From assembly GCA_964013405.1 (NCBI GenBank), contig CAXGWI010000126.1:1-10544 (forward strand): DNA of 10,544 bases, written 5' to 3'. Position 1 is the stretch's first letter. Each line of letters opens with the position of its first letter. The stretch is from an uncultured Myxococcales bacterium. Lineage in GTDB: Bacteria > Myxococcota > UBA4151. The notes under the pieces are model-generated. The model was not told where the DNA came from. It made no database searches and worked only from the letters and a program-made list of their open reading frames with translations. The translations under genes and the position numbers were made by a program. Shown here piece by piece: positions 6,230 through 10,544 of this stretch.

Positions 6230-7767
6230 GACTCGGTCTCCTCAAGAGCGAGTTTGAGCACAAAAATCGCGCCCGCTTCACTGGGTTCGAGGCGAAGGGA
6301 GCCACCATGTAGTTGGGCGAGCTCTCGGGCGAGTGCCAAGCCGATTCCAGCACCACTGACCCCTTCAGTGAGCGAGTTGTCGGCTCGACTAAAGGCGTCG
6401 AAGAGCCGGTTCTGGAAGGGGGCTGGGATGCCCGGTCCCCGGTCACTTACCCGCAACTGTAGACTCCCGGCCTCCACCTGGCTTGTGACATGGAGCCATT
6501 CGCCGGTTGCGGCATACTTTTCCACGTTGCTCACCAAGTTCGCCAGGACTTGACCCAGGAGATCCGGATCGATCGAGACCGGCTGCTTCGCGTTGAGTTC
6601 GGTTTCGACCTCAATCCCGGCCCGCTCGAGGGCCGGCCCGAAGGCCCGGAGCACGTCGGTGATCAGGTCATCGGGGATCGTATTGCGGCGTCTGAGTTGG
6701 AGGTGCCCGCGGGTTTGCCGGGCGAAGCCCAGAACATTGTTGATCAAGCGACTGAGTCGCTGGCTCTCGCCGACGATCACACCGAGGTCTCGGCGGGCCC
6801 CATCATCCTCTTCATCCAGTTTCTGCTCCAGCAGCTCCGCATACATGCGAATGTTGGTCAGAGGGGTCTTCAACTCATGACTGACCTGGTTGACGAAGGT
6901 CACCCGCTGCAGGGCTTCAGCCCGCTCTCGGGCCTGCTCGCGGTAGAGAAAGAGTGCCAGGACGATCAAAGCGAGGGCGAGCCCGGCGAGTCCGGCCCAC
7001 AGCGATAGGCTGGTGCCTTCATCCATACGCCCTTCGAAAGCAGCACCGGACAGGTGGCTGGTGAGCATCCATCCGGCCAGGGGAGCGGGGAGTGCGAGCT
7101 TGGCCGTCGCCTTGCCCCGGGGCGGCGGCTCATAATCACCCCATTGGTAGACGACCTCGCCCCGGGCATCCAAGAGGCGCCGGCGTTCATCGCTGAGCTC
7201 ACCGGTCGGCAGGTAGGCAACCAAGTCGGCCAGCAAGCCCATCCGATCCAGCTCAGCACCGACGATTCGTCCATCCTGCTGACGGCGCCAGAAGATCAGG
7301 TGCTGCCCATTTTCATAGAACCATGAGTACCAGCCGCTCTCGGCCGATTGCCCCCCGTCTTCGCCGGGTTTCGCCAGCAAGTCCCGACGGTTCCAGAGTT
7401 GCTTGCTCCGCTCGAGGAAGGCCCGTTCCGAGGTCGCAAGGCCGCCCTTTGGGTTGGGGTAGGTGAGCTTGCCTTTGGCCTCCATCACGAAGAACGCGCT
7501 GATCTGTGGATGGGCCCGCAGTCTTTTGCGCAATTCGTCGGCTCGTTCATCCCCCTGGGGTAAGGCATCGGTGAGATCGGCCTGACGGGCCTGGACCAGG
7601 CTGTTCAGGCCGGCAGCTACGGTCTCCAAATCCCGGACGAGGACCCGTTCGACCTGGCGGCGCAGGCGTTCTTCTTCGTCAGCCCGGACTTGGAGCCCAA
7701 GAATGCCAAGGGCCGCCACAGGGGCGACCACAAGGCAAACAAGAGCGATCAGCGTACGTAATTTCAT
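6226..7767 (-). CDS. Membrane sensor histidine kinase (HisKA + HATPase_c, 513 aa)
   Basis: Start MKLRTLIALVCLVV at 7767, 4 nt after the vWA stop. Two TM helices flank a ~230-aa extracytoplasmic domain. H-box VSHELKTPLTNI, N-box NLVSNVEKY, G1 DRGPGI, G2 GAGIGLAL. Confidence 0.95.
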   Translation of the reverse strand: MKLRTLIALVCLVVAPVAALGILGLQVRADEEERLRRQVERVLVRDLETVAAGLNSLVQARQADLTDALPQGDERADELRKRLRAHPQISAFFVMEAKGKLTYPNPKGGLATSERAFLERSKQLWNRRDLLAKPGEDGGQSAESGWYSWFYENGQHLIFWRRQQDGRIVGAELDRMGLLADLVAYLPTGELSDERRRLLDARGEVVYQWGDYEPPPRGKATAKLALPAPLAGWMLTSHLSGAAFEGRMDEGTSLSLWAGLAGLALALIVLALFLYREQARERAEALQRVTFVNQVSHELKTPLTNIRMYAELLEQKLDEEDDGARRDLGVIVGESQRLSRLINNVLGFARQTRGHLQLRRRNTIPDDLITDVLRAFGPALERAGIEVETELNAKQPVSIDPDLLGQVLANLVSNVEKYAATGEWLHVTSQVEAGSLQLRVSDRGPGIPAPFQNRLFDAFSRADNSLTEGVSGAGIGLALARELAQLHGGSLRLEPSEAGAIFVLKLALEETES

Positions 7768-7771
7768 CGGT

Positions 7772-9073
7772 CTAGTAGGACTGCTGAACCTCCGCCTCAT
7801 AGGTTGATTTGCGCAGGCGCTTGCGGGCCCGATTCCAGTCGTTGCCTTCGAAGTCGATGAGCGTGCGTGCAGCCTTGGGTGCCTGCTTCTGGAGCCGCTT
7901 CGACTTGTACTTCTTAGCCCGCTTCTGCAGCAACTCGACGTTCCGTTGCATGACCGCCTTGGCCTCCTTCTTGCGGCCTTCATCCCGCAAGCGGATCGCA
8001 ACTTTGTTTTGCTCGGCAACAAGCATTTCGGTCACGCTCACCATCACCGTCTTCGGGACGGCCGCCTCGATGGCTTTCGGGCTTGAACTGGTACCGACCT
8101 GTACCTTGCGTTGTTCCTGACCCCGAGCTCCTCCCTTGGCCCGGTAACTCACGGACGTGCTGGCGATGGGGTGGGCTGCTCCCGAGGGAAAGCCAGGCAA
8201 CTCGACTTCGACCAACAGAAACCGTTCTTGCAGACCGGCAAGGTGCCCCAGTCGAGCGGTGATCTTTTGTCCGCTGATGAGGGCCTCCCGACCCAGAACC
8301 CGAATGGGGCGAACGCCCGGCACACAATCGATCTCGAGTTGCACGTCCTGGGCCGTCACGGCGAAGAGGTCCCCGAACTCAAGGTTAAAGATGCGGGCCA
8401 GGTCTTCGGCGCCCTCGGCGAATGCGTGGTTGCCTTCACTGGCTTGCGCTAAGCGAGCCATGAGATCTTCGTTGTAACCTAGACCCAGACCGATGGTCGT
8501 GACGGCGATGCCTTCTTTCGAGAGGCTGGCCCCCAAGGCGGCCAGTTCCCCCGGTGACGAGGGGCCCACGTTGGCCATGCCGTCCGAGAGGAGAATAATA
8601 CGATTCACTCGTTCTCGGTCGAGGAACTTTCGGAGTTCAGCCGCGCCTTTCGCCACGCCGGCGAACAAGGCCGTTTGGCCACTGGAATGAATTTGGTCGA
8701 TGGCCCCCTTGATGCTGTTTTTGTCGACGGCTTTGGTGGCCGGCACGGTGACATGAACCACCGAGTCGTACGTGATGACGCTGACGATGTCGTCGGGGTG
8801 CAGCCGGTCCACAGCCAACTTGGCTGCTCGCCGGGCCTCTGCGATTTTCTTGCCGTTCATCGAACCGGATTTGTCCAGGACGATGGCCACATTCACCGGC
8901 GCTCTGGGCTCCGGGTTGGGATCGGTGGTGCCGCGCACGGCGATCTTGAGATAGGCCGTTTGTCCGACACCCGGTCGAACCAAGGGGTGGGAGATCTCCG
9001 AGCTAACCACGACACCGGCCTGGGCAAATCCGGGTAGCAACGTGATGGCGATGAGGGAAAGGATGTGACGCAT
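7772..9073 (-). CDS. Exported von Willebrand factor A domain protein (YfbK-like, 433 aa)
   Basis: Signal peptide MRHILSLIAITLLPGFAQA; complete MIDAS motif (VLDKSGSM, GQTAL, LLSDGMANVG); TTIGLGLGYNEDLMARLA; basic helical C-terminus; SD GGAGG at 9083-9079. Confidence 0.92.
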   Translation of the reverse strand: MRHILSLIAITLLPGFAQAGVVVSSEISHPLVRPGVGQTAYLKIAVRGTTDPNPEPRAPVNVAIVLDKSGSMNGKKIAEARRAAKLAVDRLHPDDIVSVITYDSVVHVTVPATKAVDKNSIKGAIDQIHSSGQTALFAGVAKGAAELRKFLDRERVNRIILLSDGMANVGPSSPGELAALGASLSKEGIAVTTIGLGLGYNEDLMARLAQASEGNHAFAEGAEDLARIFNLEFGDLFAVTAQDVQLEIDCVPGVRPIRVLGREALISGQKITARLGHLAGLQERFLLVEVELPGFPSGAAHPIASTSVSYRAKGGARGQEQRKVQVGTSSSPKAIEAAVPKTVMVSVTEMLVAEQNKVAIRLRDEGRKKEAKAVMQRNVELLQKRAKKYKSKRLQKQAPKAARTLIDFEGNDWNRARKRLRKSTYEAEVQQSY

Positions 9074-9150
9074 GGCGGCCTCCAGATCAATGCCGGGACA
9101 TCCGGCTCATCCTTACCTTGTCGCAGTCGCTCAGGACTCTGGTCAGATAC

Positions 9151-9179
9151 CGGCAAAAGAAATGTAAGAAAAACCTAAG
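9151..9179 (-). promoter_or_regulatory. Putative OmpR/PhoB-type operator (11-bp-phased direct repeat) upstream of the vWA-HK-RR operon
   Basis: Minus strand reads CTTAGGTTTTT-CTTACATTTCT-TTTGCCG, a very AT-rich patch in GC-rich DNA about 80-105 nt upstream of the vWA start. Confidence 0.55.
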
Positions 9180-9639
9180 CCGATACATCGAGATCGAGAA
9201 GAAGTGCGTCGGAGCCATCGGGGTAATACTTTTTTCGTCGCCCGACCTGGGTCAAACCGAAGCGCTGGTACAAGGCCTGGGCCCCATGATTGATGGCTGA
9301 AACCTCCAGGCAGATGCGGCGATGGGGGCGGGCACGGGCCTCGTTGATCAAGGAAGCCAGGAGGGCTGTGGCGAAACCTGCACGTTGGTGGTCTTCGGCT
9401 ACACGCAATTCCAAGACCTCCAGGGCATCGGGCAACTCCCGATAGGCGAGATAGCCAACGACGGCTCCCCCGCCTGGGAGCGAGGCGACGAAGAGTTCGC
9501 TGCCTTGTCCAGATAGGTAACTCTCCACTGCTTTCGCTTCACGAGGGCTCCCATCGCGGGATGCGATGGCCTGAAGCGCAGGGAGGTCTGGGGCTCCAGC
9601 GCGTCGAATCAAGGGCGTCTCCTTGGTCGAGGGTGCCAT
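9175..9639 (-). CDS. rimI: RimI-like GNAT N-acetyltransferase
   Basis: IRRA...DL, VVGY, LRVAEDHQRAGFATALL (acetyl-CoA motif A), LEVSAINHGAQALYQRFG...GRRKKYYPDGSDALLL, typical of RimI. Start is either ATG 9639 or TTG 9657. Confidence 0.8.
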   Translation of the reverse strand: MAPSTKETPLIRRAGAPDLPALQAIASRDGSPREAKAVESYLSGQGSELFVASLPGGGAVVGYLAYRELPDALEVLELRVAEDHQRAGFATALLASLINEARARPHRRICLEVSAINHGAQALYQRFGLTQVGRRKKYYPDGSDALLLDLDVSA

Positions 9640-9723
9640 GGCCCCGGATGATGGCAAAATCCGCTGGAGAGGGCTGGTCTTGCGATAGGCCTTTGCTTAA
9701 AGGAAGGCAGACTGGAGAACTCC

Positions 9724-9984
9724 ATGCAGCGTTTCGTTTTGATTCTCGCCGTCGCGGTCGGCATGAGCTCCTGTGTCGTCGTTCGTGGGCCCGGGCGTCG
9801 GGCGCCGGCTCGTGTTGTCGTCAAAACGAAGCCAGATCGCAGGCCCGGTATTCGTCAGCGGGCGCAATGCAAATCCATCAAGCGACCGGGCCTCCGTAAA
9901 GCCTGCAAGAGCTGTTTGAGCCGCCCCCGCGGGGTCGCTTTCAAGAAGTGGAAGGCTTCGGGGAAGCGCTGCATTTTGCGATAG
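9724..9984 (+). CDS. Small, highly basic Cys-rich putative lipoprotein (86 aa), function unknown
   Basis: SD GGAG (9714-9717); signal peptide MQRFVLILAVAVGMSS-C17; the ORF fills the gap between divergent rimI and lysS without overlap; mature part has 24 Lys/Arg, one Asp and four further Cys. Confidence 0.7.
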   Translation: MQRFVLILAVAVGMSSCVVVRGPGRRAPARVVVKTKPDRRPGIRQRAQCKSIKRPGLRKACKSCLSRPRGVAFKKWKASGKRCILR

Positions 9985-10031
9985 GCTGGCGCCGGGGCCT
10001 TTGCGTGGCTTGCGAGGGCGCTCCAGAGTTG

Positions 10032-10060
10032 TTGACCCTCCGTCCCCCCTCTGACACAAG
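10032..10060 (+). promoter_or_regulatory. Possible sigma70-type promoter for lysS
   Basis: TTGACC (10032-10037), 17-nt spacer containing an extended -10 TG, then CACAAG (10055-10060). The -10 match is weak. Confidence 0.35.
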
Positions 10061-10088
10061 CCGCTGCCCGTAGGGCAGGAGGCGATCG

Positions 10089-10544
10089 GTGAGTGAAGAG
10101 GTGATGGATGGGGAGGCGGAGTTCGCCAATACGGAGGCCCGAATCCGCCAGGAGCGGATGGACAAAGCCGAAGCGATGCGAGCTGCAGGGCGCAACCCTT
10201 ACGCCAATGATTGGTCGATCGACGGCAGCTTAGATGCCGTCCGAAACGAGTTTGCCCATCTGGGTACAGAGCCCTGTCAGCCCGTGGAGGATGCGCCCCG
10301 CCGCATTGCCGGACGGGTGATGAACATTCGCCGCTTTGGCAAAGCCGCCTTCTTGGTGCTGCGGGACCGGTCCGGTGATCTTCAAGTGATGATTCGAAAA
10401 AACGTCGTCACGGGTGATGGTTGGGAGGACTTCCTGCTGGTGGATCGGGGCGATCACGTGGGGGCCGCGGGCAACTTGTTCGTGACGAAGACCGGTGAAT
10501 TGTCGGTGATGGTGAGTGAGTTTCGTCTGCTGACCAAATCCCTT
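10089..10544 (+). CDS. lysS: Lysyl-tRNA synthetase class II, N-terminal anticodon-binding domain (3' end outside window; missing from the ORF track)
   Basis: SD AGGAGG (10077-10082) and GTG 10089. Manual translation: MSEEVMDGEAEFANTEARIRQERMDKAEAMRAAGRNPYAN...RRIAGRVMNIRRFGKAAFLVLRDRSGDLQV...VDRGDHVGAAGNLFVTKTGELSVMVSEFRLLTKSL, the canonical LysS OB-fold. Confidence 0.96.
   Translation, partial: MSEEVMDGEAEFANTEARIRQERMDKAEAMRAAGRNPYANDWSIDGSLDAVRNEFAHLGTEPCQPVEDAPRRIAGRVMNIRRFGKAAFLVLRDRSGDLQVMIRKNVVTGDGWEDFLLVDRGDHVGAAGNLFVTKTGELSVMVSEFRLLTKSL

Noticed and set aside
7768..8022. N-terminal extension of the kinase ORF
   Set aside because: Overlaps the vWA gene and is low-complexity Arg/Ser; the TM1-bearing start at 7767 fits the operon.
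9904..9918. CKSCL in the small lipoprotein as a heme-binding motif
   Set aside because: Lacks the His of CxxCH.
1..10544. CRISPR array, tRNA/rRNA, IS or prophage genes, and the remaining short ORFs in the track
   Set aside because: No regularly spaced repeats, RNA gene signatures or recombinase motifs seen; the other ORFs overlap well-supported genes in alternative frames and lack motifs.

Overview
GC-rich bacterial chromosomal window, probably from Myxococcota or a related deltaproteobacterial lineage (inferred from a MYXO-CTERM-like sorting tail). Housekeeping genes flank it: the 3' part of lnt and an intact prfB with no visible programmed frameshift on the left, and the 5' part of class II lysS on the right. 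About 8.5 kb of mostly cell-envelope genes lie between prfB and lysS: a lipoprotein with four PPC-like repeats, a cytochrome P460-family lipoprotein, a Zn-dependent phospholipase with a MYXO-CTERM-like tail, a minus-strand operon (exported vWA protein, histidine kinase, OmpR-type regulator) with an upstream 11-bp-phased direct repeat, a RimI-like GNAT, and a tiny, very cationic Cys-rich lipoprotein. The most striking observation is that the phospholipase domain follows, motif by motif, the N-terminal catalytic domain of eukaryotic GPI-specific phospholipase D (GPLD1) as I recall it. No integrase, transposase, tRNA, rRNA or CRISPR array was seen. All homology calls are by eye; no searches were run.
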